Shown one piece after another: positions 40,101 through 51,956 of a stretch of DNA of 64,000 nt (position 1 is its first letter; each line of letters opens with the position of its first letter). Both the position numbers and the translations under genes were made by a program. The DNA comes from Enoplolaimus lenunculus (lineage: Eukaryota): contig JASANG010002125.1 of the NCBI GenBank assembly GCA_030248215.1, forward strand, positions 124,001 through 188,000, in the 5' to 3' direction. The notes beneath the pieces were generated by a model. The model was not told where the DNA came from. It saw only the letters and a program-made list of their open reading frames with translations, and made no database searches.

Positions 40101-42813
40101 GCGCTCAAAATGTTTGCTCAAATCTGTTAATTGTCTATAATCATTATTAGTGGTCTTTCTGAGAGTCATGACTTGATATATTGTTTACTCGTAATTTTAA
40201 TACTTTTTAATACTTCTAGGTCGTGATTTGTTATGATTTAGATGATTCAAAAGAGAATGTCAATGGTGATACCGAAAATCAGCCAGCACTTGAAGCGGCA
40301 GAAGAACTTTGTGGCCAAGACACTTGCGTAAATAGTGAAGAAAACTCCACTTCTGAAACAGTATGTTAATTCCGCATCCTTGTTTTTCTCGCATTGCTGT
40401 GATAAACTGTAATTTGACAAGTAAACAAAGAACCTGCATGATTAAAACTTACCTTGCTTAAAACTAGACAATTTACAGAGATTCGACTTATATTTAAATT
40501 TAATTTACTAATATTGGCTTGGATTTTTGCTTATATGCATGAATCCTTGTATGCATTTGGTCCCGTCAGTCTTTGTGGAGTGAATTTAGTTTTCTTAAAA
40601 TACCCAAACATAAAGCAGCACGACTGTTTTGCACAATTTGTCCTCGCATGCTTAGGCTCCGGCTTAAACTTAGGCACAGGTTTCGGAAAAGGCTTACTTG
40701 AGCCCAATCAGGGGTGGAAATCTCGTCAAATCTGAGATTCGGTCTTTGTTCTTTGAGTCGGTGGTTTGGAACCGAGACCGGAAGTTGAGGATTCAGCAAG
40801 TATATCGCTGTATTGTTGAAGTAAGTTATGTCGGATGAATAGAATTTCGTTGTGAATCCAAGAATTTTTATAGTCACACAATAATTACGAGCAGATATTA
40901 AAAATTCCGAAAAGCCCATTAGAAACAATTTATTTTGAAAATTTTATTTTTTTCGGTGATGACCAAAACTTGACTGAAGCCGAGACTTTTCATGGCCGAT
41001 CCCGGTTTTTAATCGAGACCGCCCATTACTGAGGCCATGCCATACCTTTAAATAATTTGAAGTATGCAAAAGCCAGATAACGTCAGCGTATCTACGGTCG
41101 TTGGTGAATTTGTTGTTTGCAGCCCACGCTTCACATTAATCAAATTACTGATCGAACAACGAGTGATTGTTGTACTAGCAGTGCATTTTTTGACGGCGCT
41201 TGGCGAACGAGATTGTGCAAATGCAAGGATTGTTTGGTTAGCTTTGCTTTAGCTTGCTATAAACTGCAGCAGGGTTAAAATATGCTTGGTTGGATGCACA
41301 CATGAGTTCTGTTATTTAAGAGTATATTGGATTGTGATAAACACAGTCATATTCGGAATCCAGATTAAACCTCAATTAAGCATAACAGGTCCACTCTCAT
41401 ATACAATGCATTTATGGTCATTCATTGTTTTAGTTGGCTTAAAACTGTGTATTTTGTTAATGCTGCAGTTTATTATACCATAAATAAGAAAGGAATCGCG
41501 TTGCAGAACTTTCTCGACGAACACAATTTAAGCTATTTGGTTTTCATCGAAGATACAGTTGCTCATTTTGAAGAAGAGAATGTCGCCGCTGCTGGTGGTG
41601 GTGATAATTCAGCGGATCATTTGTATCGAAAAACGTTGGTCACATTCTTGTCATCATTAGACAGAGAACGACAGCTGGAAATGCTTCATGGTGATTTATT
41701 TGATTTGTTTTGGTGTACTTGCAGTATTGTGTGTAAACAGCTGCCTAATTCTGGCCTTTTCCAACGTATTTAATGTTTGCAGAGTGCAACGGATGCTATA
41801 CTGACTTTGATAATCAGGTTTTAAAAATGTTTTTAGAATTTAATATTGTGCGAAAAAACATCAATTTTATGTGTTAGGTACTTGTTTACTATTTCATTTA
41901 GTATTAATTTCATAGAACGTAAAAGTTTCCGTGCATTACTATTTTGCATAAGCCTATAGGAAAGTAAACAAGAAACCAAAATATTACCCAGTGCTTTGGA
42001 GCTGTAAAATTTTTAATTATATTTCAACTCTCAGTGTGCTATTTTAGAGTACAATTTTTTACGAGACGAAATGAAAGAGAAATTGACTGAATACACTAAA
42101 AAACGAAAGGTGAGGTCATTAATATTTGACACTGTACTTCCTTTTATACGTTGCCTCATTTTACAGGTTGCATATATTTTTGTTGAATACGATAAAAGAG
42201 GTCGAATTACAACCGAAGGTACTTGCAAGTAAATGTGACAAGGCTGTTAGATGTCACTGAATTTTAATTTCTACATTATGATCAGGGTGCAACCGGAATT
42301 CCGGTTCCGGCATTTTTTCACCTTCCGGTTCCGGTAAATTTTTACCGGATTTAAAAATTCCGGTGTTAAAAATTGGCCGTTTTCTTAACTTTGCTAATTT
42401 TTAAGAATCTCTTTTGAATGGCAATTGTACTCCGAATATAAGCCATTGATGTTGGATTTCACTTCAGTCGACGACGAAAATCTAAAATACAACAAATAAA
42501 ATAAATACCTATGTTCGACTAAGGTTATTTCACAAATAATAGAACAAAAAATAAGATTCAAATGAAATTTTTGGTGAAATGCATTTTTCACTTTCCGGTT
42601 CCGGTAAAATTTTCAAATTCCGGTTCCGGTAAATTGTAATTCCGGTTGCACCCTGATTATGATCTATGCTCGTATTGTATTGTAACATTTTTAGAGTAAT
42701 TGTATAAAATATATTTATTGTAGGTTATAACAGAAGACGACGTCCAACATATGTTTGACGAAATCAAATCTGAAAAACGTCCACGGGTCGATATACCGGA
42801 TTCGTGCCGATAA
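34184..42813 (+). CDS. UBR7: UBR-box/PHD-finger E3 ubiquitin ligase UBR7, multi-exon
   Basis: Exons approx. 34184-34243, 35662-35791, 36596-36679, 36826-36960, 37906-37966, 38099-38248, 39839-39971, 40242-40360, 41123-41236, 41508-41690, 42048-42109, 42724-42813. Motifs ECTYSNGYLRRQPIYSCITC, AGICFGCSMQCHDGHEMIELYSKRNFRCDCGN, YGQNFRGKYCTCSRPYPD, MYQCTVCEDWFH, WRTRLCKCKDC, VITEDDVQHMF. Confidence 0.95.
36083..36408. mobile_element. hAT-like MITE (TAGGGATG family) in a UBR7 intron
   Basis: tagggatgggccgat...catcccta with perfect 8-bp TSD aagctaac; reverse-oriented relative of 10270-10677. Confidence 0.85.
38270..39012. mobile_element. TIR element with G/C-run subterminal repeats in a UBR7 intron
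   Basis: 16-bp perfect TIR ctggcttctccacagc...gctgtggagaagccag; many ctggggg motifs at both ends; flanks tatatatt(t)/tatgtatt. Confidence 0.8.
39209..39605. mobile_element. hAT-like MITE (TAGGGATG family), third copy
   Basis: tagggatgtgctgatac...aatcggcacatc; internal similarity to 10270-10677; flanks cttagtta/cttagtga. Confidence 0.8.
42283..42655. mobile_element. hAT-like MITE in the last UBR7 intron
   Basis: Perfect TIR cagggtgcaaccggaatt...aattccggttgcaccctg; perfect 8-bp TSD attatgat. Confidence 0.92.
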
Positions 42814-44223
42814 AACAGAATTTGTTGATTTATTGTGTAATTTTTCAGAAACTGTTGAATATCGGCTTAACCCGTCAAATTATCGCGTTTTTGAATGAAC
42901 AACTTGGTATCGCCACTGTCTCCATTATGATCATTAAGTATTATACTGCTACATTTTGCGTTTTTCAATAATGTGTATTAGCCACTTCATTCTAATATGT
43001 TTCAATTTACTGTTTCACGTAATTTTTTTGCCATTTGTTGACAGCTGTGAAGTGCAATGTGCTACAATTTCTAATATTTTGCGTTTACGCGTCTTAATCT
43101 AAATGGATATTGGAGTATTAATTTGAAATTTGATTAGTTTTAGCTAAAAATTTGTCAGGTGCTAATAACTATCGCTGTGTGGCTCAACTGCTTACATTGA
43201 AAAACTTTAGCTGAAAACAAGTTCGATTAAATAGCCATTTTTGTGAAGTTGCGTGTTTGCGATGATGCAGCAATTTACCCATGATCTCTGTGTTTTAATA
43301 AACTTTTTTGGTTTGTGTAGCGTTGTGCGCTAATAGTTATGAGTTGTTAGTTGCGTAAAGGATTAATCACACAGCCGTTTAGATTAGCTTAGAAATCCTA
43401 TCTTGTAGGCGTAAAATATGTAGCTGTGTATATTGGGCTCTCATGCTCCCGGCCTAGTTTACCGTCGCAGCAGGGTTAAACTGGAGGTCAATAAATTTTG
43501 CTGGTGGTAGGGATGAGGCGAAATTATTTTGTTAAAATGATGTTGCTTTCCTACTTTAGAAAACACTGCTTTTTGCACTCTGCTGGCTCCGCCCATGAGC
43601 CGGGGCCAATGCATATTGCTGTAAAAATTTACAAGCGTTTCTGTCTATAATATACTATATAAGCTTAACATAATGTTTTCAACATTATATACTGTAAAAC
43701 GTAAAAATGGATGCAAGTACATGTTTTATAACGCTTGCATAATAACTTCGGCCCCGGTTAGTATAGATGGGCACCGGCTATAAAAAATATCCGGATATGT
43801 ATCCGAAATGAAACAGTGAAACGTGTATTTGGATATCCGAAATGCTTGTCTGAAAATTTTTTTGGAATACCTTATAATTTTCCCGCTAAGAAAATTTTTT
43901 GGAGAAAAATTGCGTTTAAAAATAATTACCATCCGGCCCATTTAGAAATTTCTGGAGCCGCTGCTGAAAGTGCGCCACCGGTATAAAGTAACGGGCTGAT
44001 GTTTGTACGACTTAGCGTAAGTGTATTTCAATCTGGTTCTTTGTTCTTGGAACTAAAATATAGTTCGAGGGAAGGGTTATATTCGATGGAATGTTTATTG
44101 CAGTGGTTTAAATAAGGCAAAGGACAAAGCCAAATCAACTCAATTTTTTAACTTGTCTACGCAACTGTTTATTTAATAGTCTGTAGCAATCTTCTAAACT
44201 AAATACCCAAACCTATTGAGGCA

Positions 44224-44654
44224 CTGTAGTGAGTGACCCGAATAAGAGGGGAGACTGATATTTATTTCACCTCTCCAGAGGGTACCCCCTGTTATTCGGT
44301 TACGGACTGTTATTTATTTTTATCCCGTCCTCTGCCACAGTTCGTTACACATATAACCGGTATTGTAACTAACCCTTGGAATTGAGTGTTTATTTGCCAT
44401 GTATCAAAAGCTTTAATCATAATGCAAGGTTATTATTAGGAACGTACTTTGAAAACTTAAGTACGCGTCAAAGTTTTGAACTCAGCTTTATTTGGTTCTG
44501 GGGTCATTTATGCGCGACAATCAGAGACAGTTGACATTTATGGACTCTAATTAGGGTTTAGGGACTCTATGCGCTTATGGACTCTTTTTAGGGATACGAA
44601 CTCCTATTGATTAGAACTTAAAATGGTCATCCCCTCTTTTTCGGGTCACTACAG
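44224..44654. mobile_element. TIR MITE (CTGTAGTGACCCGAATAAGAGGG family), copy 1
   Basis: Ends ctgtagtga(gtga)cccgaataagaggg and ccctctttttcgggtcactacag followed by ta; homologous along its length to 45018-45467. Confidence 0.8.
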
Positions 44655-45017
44655 TACTGGCATAATAAATACCGATTTTTAGACTTGTATCTTTTATGCT
44701 CATATCAATTTGCTTGAGGGTCAGGGTACTTCCTTTAGAGCAACAGGTTAAACAAGTGCTTAAGAAGCGAAAATTGAATGTCGGAAAGTCAAAAAACACA
44801 AAATCGAGTTCCGGATATTCGAAATAGAAAATTTCATTTCGGATTTCAGGATATCCGGGTATCCGGATAAATATCCGGCAAGAATTGCCGGATATGAAAA
44901 AATATCCGATGCCCATCACTGCCGGTTAGACCCCGAAAACTAAGTATTGGTCTCGGTATCGTAGTGTTGGCCAGGCCATGGGACATCTCTAATCCTTACC
45001 ATAAATGAGGAAGCGTA

Positions 45018-45467
45018 TTGTAGTGACCCGAATAAGAGGGGCGGAGCTGATATTTATTTGGCCTCTCCAGATGGTACCCCCTTGTTATGCGGTTACGAGC
45101 TGTTATTTATTTTTAACCCACACTCCGCCACCCTTCGTTACTGATATATATCCGGTACTACAACTATCCGTTGAATTATACGTTCATTTGACTTGCTTCA
45201 ATAGCTTGAGTAATCATGCAAAGTTATACTTAGGAATGTACTTTCAAAATTTAAGTACGCCTTAAAGATTCGAACTCAATTTTATTTGGTCTTGGAGTCA
45301 TTTATGCACTACAATTAGGAATAACTGACCTTCATGCACTATAATTAGGATTTAGGGACTCTATCCACTTACGGACTTTTATTAGGGATACGGACTACTA
45401 TTGATTGGGACTCAAAATAGGGATCCCTCTCTTATTTCCCCACACCCTCTTATTCGGGTAACTACAG
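45018..45467. mobile_element. TIR MITE (CTGTAGTGACCCGAATAAGAGGG family), copy 2, TA-flanked
   Basis: ta|ttgtagtgacccgaataagaggg...ccctcttattcgggtaactacag|ta. TA flanks suggest a Tc1/mariner-type target (inference). Confidence 0.8.
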
Positions 45468-45569
45468 TAGTACTACAAATTGTTAAGGTTCATACTGACG
45501 ATATTCTAGTTATATTGTGATAAAAATTAATAGTTATCAGATTGTCAATTCAGTTATCTAACTCTGTAG

Positions 45570-47585
45570 ATGGATACCGTGGATCTTGCGGTAAAATTGA
45601 GTTTATTACGAGATTTATTATTTTGCGAACCCGAAGACAATGATGACAGCGGTATTGCGTTATCAGAAGAAAAACAGACAGAAATTGTTCAGCTGTTAGA
45701 TACTGTGATCAATCATAGTGGAGTAGAGCTGAATGAGCATTACAAAGAGTTTTGTAGTTTACTTGCGGTCCGATGGGATTCGCCTGTCTTGCAGAATGAC
45801 GAAATTTTGCACAAACTTTGCCATTATTTTGTTGTCGTAACCACTGGGCATGTCGCGTATTTGGATGCTGTCTTGAAAAGATTGATGAAGCAATTTATTG
45901 GGCTACCTGGCAAGCAAATGTGTGAAATCGGCGACTTGGTTGTGTACGAAGCGAATTTAGAACAGTGCGAAAATGCGCCCAGGACCGAACGTATGGCGCT
46001 TAGAACACTGGCTAATATTGTACGCCTAGTGCCTGCGGCATCAACCCGATTTCAACTTTTACTTCGGAACTCATTACCGTTCACTGGCCGGCCGCAAATT
46101 GAAACGATTAGCTATGTAATTAACTGTTTACGGCTAGCATTTGCATATCCGTCGCTGAGACGCGATATTGTCGCAATGGTGCTAGATTATTTAATTGAGA
46201 TCGATTTACGTGCCCCCCGGAGTGAAATTGAATCAGCATTGAACGTTTCTTTGTCAGACGACGATACGGCGGTTGAGAATAACGGGATAGCAAACAGCGA
46301 ACCGGAAATATTCAAGATGGAAGTTGAAGATTGTGGTGAACCACCGGCAAAGAGCTTAAAAATCAATGCGCATCGAGAGAAAAGACCAAGCGGGACGACG
46401 AGTTCTCTAGAAACGATACATCCTGCGGCTAATACTCTCGATGTGTGTATGGGTGCGATTTTTGCGTTTGTCGACGCGTTGTGTTTATCAAAAACGAATC
46501 CTAGCAACTCGTTGAACGAGCTAAATGCAACTGCTAAACAGCTTTATTCAGATTTGCTTGAGTATCATGAAAAACAACTCGAACTGGTGCATTCAGTATG
46601 TCACGTTCAATTTGTACTATTTCATCTGTGTTCGCTGTCAACTTCGTTCGCTTCACATTTTATGGACACACTTTGGACTAAAATTCAAAATCCATCTGTT
46701 GGGTCTATCATTCGGCAATCGTCCGCCGGTTACTTAGCTAGTTTTGTGGCGCGCGCTTCGGTTGTTGATATTGCGTCCGCGTGTAAGCGATTACAGGTTT
46801 GGGTGGCATGGTTGCATCAATATTTGGATAATTATAATCCTGTACGGTTTGCTGCGTCAGATGCTTGTTCAGATAGCGGCATAGGCGCGGATAGTGATAA
46901 ATCGTTTCATCGCCGCTTTGTAACACATAACGCAACATTTTACGCTGTATTTCAAGCAGTAATATATGTGGTTTCGTTTAGGTTCAAGGAAATTGTAGAT
47001 TTTACAGAGCCAGAAACTGGAAAGGCGCTGGGCTCTGTTGGTACTAGTTCATTGTCTGGAGGGTTAGCTATGTTGGAACGGTTCGGCTTTGAGCGGCTAA
47101 TCAAATGTGAGCTGAATCCGTTGAAGTATTGCTTCCCGAGTGTCGTGACGAATTTTGCAAACCTTGCACGAAATTACCAACTTGCTTACTGCTATGCGGT
47201 AATGGAACGAAATCGACGACAAGAATTGTACGGCACAGCAGTGTGGTCATATTTTGGGCCCAACGAACAACGGTCGAGAAGTTCATCCGGGTCTGAACAG
47301 CAGGAAGTGACGCTTGGTGAACGATTTTTCCCATTTGATCCGTATATGCTGCCGAAATCGAAGAAATACATCGCGCCGCATTATCGAGAATATATCGGAT
47401 TGGATCGTAATGATTACAGTCGTAGCAGTTCGTACGAAATGCAAAATGGCGAAGCCAACACCTCCGCAACCACGCCTGAAAATTCGTTCTCGCCCACGTC
47501 GATTAAAGATATTCAATTCGAGTCACAACCGTCGATACGGGAACGCATGATGTATGGCGTTTCACCAGGGTTCAAACATCTGTGA
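45570..47585 (+). CDS. RRN3: RNA polymerase I transcription initiation factor RRN3/TIF-IA, single long ORF
   Basis: 671 aa with LIEIDL, ANTLDVCM, HVQFVLF, IRQSSAGYLASFVARA, FYAVFQAVIYVVSFR, LNPLKYC and FFPFDPYMLPKSKKYI.P.YREY. Confidence 0.96.
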   Translation: MDTVDLAVKLSLLRDLLFCEPEDNDDSGIALSEEKQTEIVQLLDTVINHSGVELNEHYKEFCSLLAVRWDSPVLQNDEILHKLCHYFVVVTTGHVAYLDAVLKRLMKQFIGLPGKQMCEIGDLVVYEANLEQCENAPRTERMALRTLANIVRLVPAASTRFQLLLRNSLPFTGRPQIETISYVINCLRLAFAYPSLRRDIVAMVLDYLIEIDLRAPRSEIESALNVSLSDDDTAVENNGIANSEPEIFKMEVEDCGEPPAKSLKINAHREKRPSGTTSSLETIHPAANTLDVCMGAIFAFVDALCLSKTNPSNSLNELNATAKQLYSDLLEYHEKQLELVHSVCHVQFVLFHLCSLSTSFASHFMDTLWTKIQNPSVGSIIRQSSAGYLASFVARASVVDIASACKRLQVWVAWLHQYLDNYNPVRFAASDACSDSGIGADSDKSFHRRFVTHNATFYAVFQAVIYVVSFRFKEIVDFTEPETGKALGSVGTSSLSGGLAMLERFGFERLIKCELNPLKYCFPSVVTNFANLARNYQLAYCYAVMERNRRQELYGTAVWSYFGPNEQRSRSSSGSEQQEVTLGERFFPFDPYMLPKSKKYIAPHYREYIGLDRNDYSRSSSYEMQNGEANTSATTPENSFSPTSIKDIQFESQPSIRERMMYGVSPGFKHL

Positions 47586-48192
47586 TTACAATGAAAATTA
47601 ACTTGTGAAAACCGCATTCCCAGTGGCTTTGTATTTTGAACTGTATGATATTTGTCTTAAACTCTGTAGTACAGGTGTTTTTATGGCGCAGCCGCAAGTC
47701 AAAAAACTTGTTTATAAACTTGACGTGGGTTGTCGGGCGGCGTTGGACGGCATTAAAATAGCCAGAAAGTATAGGGACATTTTTTAACCTGTTGATTTGT
47801 AAACTAACTTGTTGATTGGTAAGTTGTGTGATGTAAATCTTCATTAAAGTTATATGAGCGCATCTGTATGCGTGCATACAGACCTGAACTTTTTTTCCAA
47901 GCAGTAGACTCCGGCAACATTTATTTACTGAAAGTGTGTTGCAGAACTTACAATCTGACTATTAATGCCGCAGATTTTGTGTTAATTATGCTTGAGGTAT
48001 GCTTTCTGTGTCCGGTATTTTGATTGCAATTAGTTTCTGTTCATATTGTTTACTTTTACGCCGTTAGTATTTAAGTTTCCTGCAATTTAAAGAAAGAAAC
48101 CGTACGCAATGCACATACATGTACATGGTAGGTTTAGCTTCGTTCAGTGGTCCTGTCGCACATTAAGATTGTTTAATTAGCTACATATTTCT

Positions 48193-48400
48193 GGCCCATG
48201 TAAAGATTAGGGGCGGAACGTTTTTCTGTGGGACTAGAATAGAATAAGCTTATAGATTTAGGCTAATTTTTTGTATGGCTTAGGCTTAGGATTAGGAATA
48301 AGCTCATTCTTAAGCTTAGGCCTAAGCTTAGGCTTAGGATTAGGCTTAAGATTAGGAATATGCTTATAATACTGTTCCGCCCCTGTTCTTTACATTGGCC
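48193..48400. mobile_element. GGCC-ended TTAGGC-containing MITE, best-preserved copy
   Basis: About 28-bp TIR ggcccatgtaaagattaggggcggaac / gttccgcccctgttctttacattggcc; internal degenerate (TTAGGC)n; TSD atatttct/atatttcc. Confidence 0.9.
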
Positions 48401-48629
48401 ATATTTCCCAACCTATTTGAAGTTGCAAGTGTGCGCTAAATATCTTTCTGGAGACTAACGTTGCTGCAGTTGTGTTTTGAACTATGTGTATATATTCGTC
48501 GTTGTTTTGTTAGTGGATTCAAATAAAATCATATTGACTGTTTTCTGAGCAGGTTTTTTAAAAACAAGTGTTTCAAGAGTTCTAAACGCCATTCTCACTG
48601 TCTAAAGGTTACTTTAGCTGAGTACCAAT

Positions 48630-51040
48630 GTGCTAAAACGGAGTTGGAGGTTAACAAAATATGCCGAAGCCGGAAGTGAAGCAAAATCAGATTGTTAATG
48701 TCAGTCCCGCATTTATGGTTGGTTCAACTTTCGGTCCATGTAAAAGATCAGGCGCGGAACGTCTTTCTGTGGGACTACAGTAGAATAAGCTTAAACTGGC
48801 TAACTTTTTACTAGGCTTAGGCTATGAGGTTTGCGTCCGGTAGAAAATCGTCATCTGGCTACGTCATAACTTCTGCCGGAAATTCCAGCAAATTTGGTAA
48901 TGAAATTATCCTTAGTTCTGCAAAATATATTTGGTACCTTATAGAGTGCAACCGGAGGTAATACCGGAGCCCGAGGTCAACAAGCCGATTTTATGTCAAA
49001 GCCGGAGACAGACAACTCAAAAAATATACTTAAGATTAAGTAGAACTGTTGCCGAACTAAATGTCGGTTTTACTAATAGGGGTGCTTGGCGAAGGTTTAC
49101 TTTATTTAAAACAAGGAAAATTCTTAATAGCTTTACATTTACTTAATCAGGAAATGACAGCATTAGTTTTACTTTATTTACATTATTTAAGCAGACTTAC
49201 TCAATATTTGGTACACTATGCTTAAAAAAGTTAGTAAATGTAACTAAAGTATATTAAGTAGAGTGTTTTTACAGAGCACCGGTTGTACCCTGGTATGTTT
49301 CGTTTTAGCTTTTGGTACAATTTTGAGGAGAAATGCTTGAAACTACGGCCGCAAACCCTAAAGAAATACACGATTCTCGTTAATTAGAAATACAGGGTGT
49401 ACAGCGAAATTAATAGTTCGGGAGGACTGAACAAACTTGAAATATGCTTACCAAAGTACAGCCGTATGTCTGCCTCCGGTTCCGGCAGAACATCGACCTT
49501 CGGCTCTGGTATAAATTTCGCCGGGAGTTACTGTCATGACGGTAGTGAAATTTTCCATAATTTTACAATATTTCTTATTTTAGCGTTACGCGTTAACTTA
49601 TGGCACAATTTTTTTAGGAAAAATTTGCCAGGTTTGCCTAAAAATATAAGCGTAAATCCCATGATTTAACAACGCATTACTGATATTCGCTAAAATTACC
49701 AAAGTAAGTATCATTTTAACTACCTATTTCGCCTCACCTTCGGCTCCGGCAAGTTTTAATGACCTTCGGCTCAGGTTCTTTTTACCTCATGTTGCACCCT
49801 GATGCATACATTTCGCAAAAATGAGAACTATTTCCAGACATGGTAGCTAACTTATGCTTGTTTCCGTACATAGTTATCGCCGTGCTCTATAGTATCCGCG
49901 GAAACTTAAACGGGGGAACACATTTTGTGTGCAAGGCAGGGTACAACCGGAGGTCTGCCTCCGTCTCCGGTAGGCTTTTGCCGGAGGTTTCGGCAATTTC
50001 GGTAGTGAAATTTTGCATAATTTTGCAATATTTATCTGTTTTACCGTGTTTAGTTTTACTTTGTCACAATTTTCAGGAAGGAATACCCGAAACTTGGTAG
50101 AAAATTAGCATAAAACCAATCAAGTTATCAACATATTGCAGGTTTTCGCTAAAATAACTATTTTACTACCTAATTTCGCCTCACCTTCGCCTGCAGCTCC
50201 GGTAAGTTTCGTTGACCTCCGGCTCCTGTGTTTTTCTCCTTCGGTTTCACCCTGATGCATGCCAAACCAGTGGTAATTTGAGACTGTCATAAAGTTAACT
50301 ATGAAAGTCTCCGAATTTTAACAATAATGCCTATTGGTATATATCAGGGTACAACAATGGTAAAAAATACCGGAGCCGAAGCAGTAAGTGAAATAAACTT
50401 GCCGGAGCCGGAGATGAGGCGAAATTTATAGGTAGTAAAAATGATGGTTAATTAGTTAATTTTAACCAATATCTGCAATACGTTGTTAACTTGTTTGGTT
50501 TTACGCTAATTTTCTGCGTAATTTCGGAAACTCTTTCATGAAAATTGTGACAAAGTAAAACGAAACGCGCTAAACAGATAAATTTTGCAAAATTATGAAA
50601 AATTTTAATACCGAAATTGCCGAAACCTCCGGAGGCCGATTTTCTGCCGGAGCCGGAGCCGGAGGCACATCTCCGGTTGCACCCTGCACATCAGGATCGC
50701 AGACAATTATTTTTTAATCCGGTAGCGGATAAACCTGCAGACAAAATGTTACCAGCTATTGTCATAGGGACAAAACGTGTTCCAGGTTGCCCCAGTTTTT
50801 ATAACGTGAATCCCGCATATAACTATGTTTTATTTTAAATGATTTGTAGTCTGATATCAGTTTCCGCTGAAACCGATATCCGTTTCTGTTATATACAAAT
50901 GCTGAAAATTAAACTTCATTTCCTTGCCCAGAGTTTTTGCTGTGACTTTAAAAATTCATTTTTTAACATAAATACCAAGGTACAACTGGAGGTCTGCATC
51001 CGGTTCCGACTCGAGTTTTTCACCACCGGTTGCACCCTGA
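48630..51040. mobile_element. Cluster of hAT-like MITE copies in both orientations
   Basis: Repeated cagggt.caaccgg / ccggttgcaccctg ends at about 48943-49291, 49394-49801, 49937-50253, 50345-50685 and 50975-51039; bodies match 24366-24714. Confidence 0.8.
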
Positions 51041-51297
51041 TAAATACATAATGCTGTATGCGTATAGTGACTGTGAAAGCCCGCTTTAATACCTGATTGT
51101 GTTCAGCAGATTAAATTGTTTCAGCTTGACTTCTCTAGTTCGGGTTTGCTCGAGAAATGGGTAAGTATTTCTGGTTCCGCTCGAATATAAGTATTTTGTT
51201 TCGTTGATGATTTTAAAATTTATATATTTAAGCCTCTCTGTACATTCGAATATTTACAACCAATAGCTTATCAAAACAAAGCAGTTAGGTAGGTACA

Positions 51298-51570
51298 TAA
51301 ACTCAAAATAATATTTCTGATATTTAAGAAAAAATTTCTTACATTTAAGAAATATAATAAGCAAGGTGATAAGAAATATAATAAGCAAGGTAACTTGAAA
51401 AGTATTTCTGTTATAACAGAAAAGTTTTCAAAAAAGTTTTGAAATAAAGTCTGAAAATAAACGTTTTCCAGTTATTTTTGGAAAAATTGTTTTAAATATC
51501 AGAAAAACTTTTCAGATTTGCCACAGAAAATACTTTCTGAATAAATTCAGAAATACTTTTTTGTGTGTAC
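51298..51570. repeat. Interspersed AT-rich repeat of about 250-270 bp
   Basis: Nearly the same sequence at about 52512-52758 (same strand) and 55950-56201 (reverse complement, with CAC...GTG ends). Confidence 0.8.
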
Positions 51571-51776
51571 TGCATAGAGTCGCTGCAGTAAAATAATTAA
51601 ATTTTAACGTTTTTCTCACTGAAATTCGACTCACAATTTTGTTAAGAAACGGAAACTTAAAAACTGTCTGACCTTTATTAACAGCGTTGAACGGTTCACG
51701 TTTATAGTAAAATTTCAGGTGGTTCAAATGTGAATTTGCAAAACATTTGCCGCAGTCAATTTTTTATGTAAATATC

Positions 51777-51956
51777 GGCCCATAAAGATCAGGTTCCGAA
51801 CGTTTTTCTGTTGGCCTGGAATAGAGTAAGATTAAGCTGTAGTCTATTTTTTTCGTTATAGGTTTTTCTTAGGTATAAGCTCATTTTTACGCTTAGACTT
51901 AGCCTTAGTCTTAAGAATGTGCTACCACTGTTCCGTCCATGCTCTATAGATTGGCC
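51777..51956. mobile_element. GGCC-ended TTAGGC-containing MITE
   Basis: ggcccataaagatcagg...tagattggcc; TSD taaatatc/taaataac. Confidence 0.75.

Noticed and set aside
46187..47550. Antisense and alternative-frame ORFs within RRN3
   Set aside because: Shadow ORFs of a real coding sequence.
48280..48360. True telomere or chromosome fusion site
   Set aside because: The TTAGGC repeats are short, degenerate and enclosed by MITE TIRs and a TSD.
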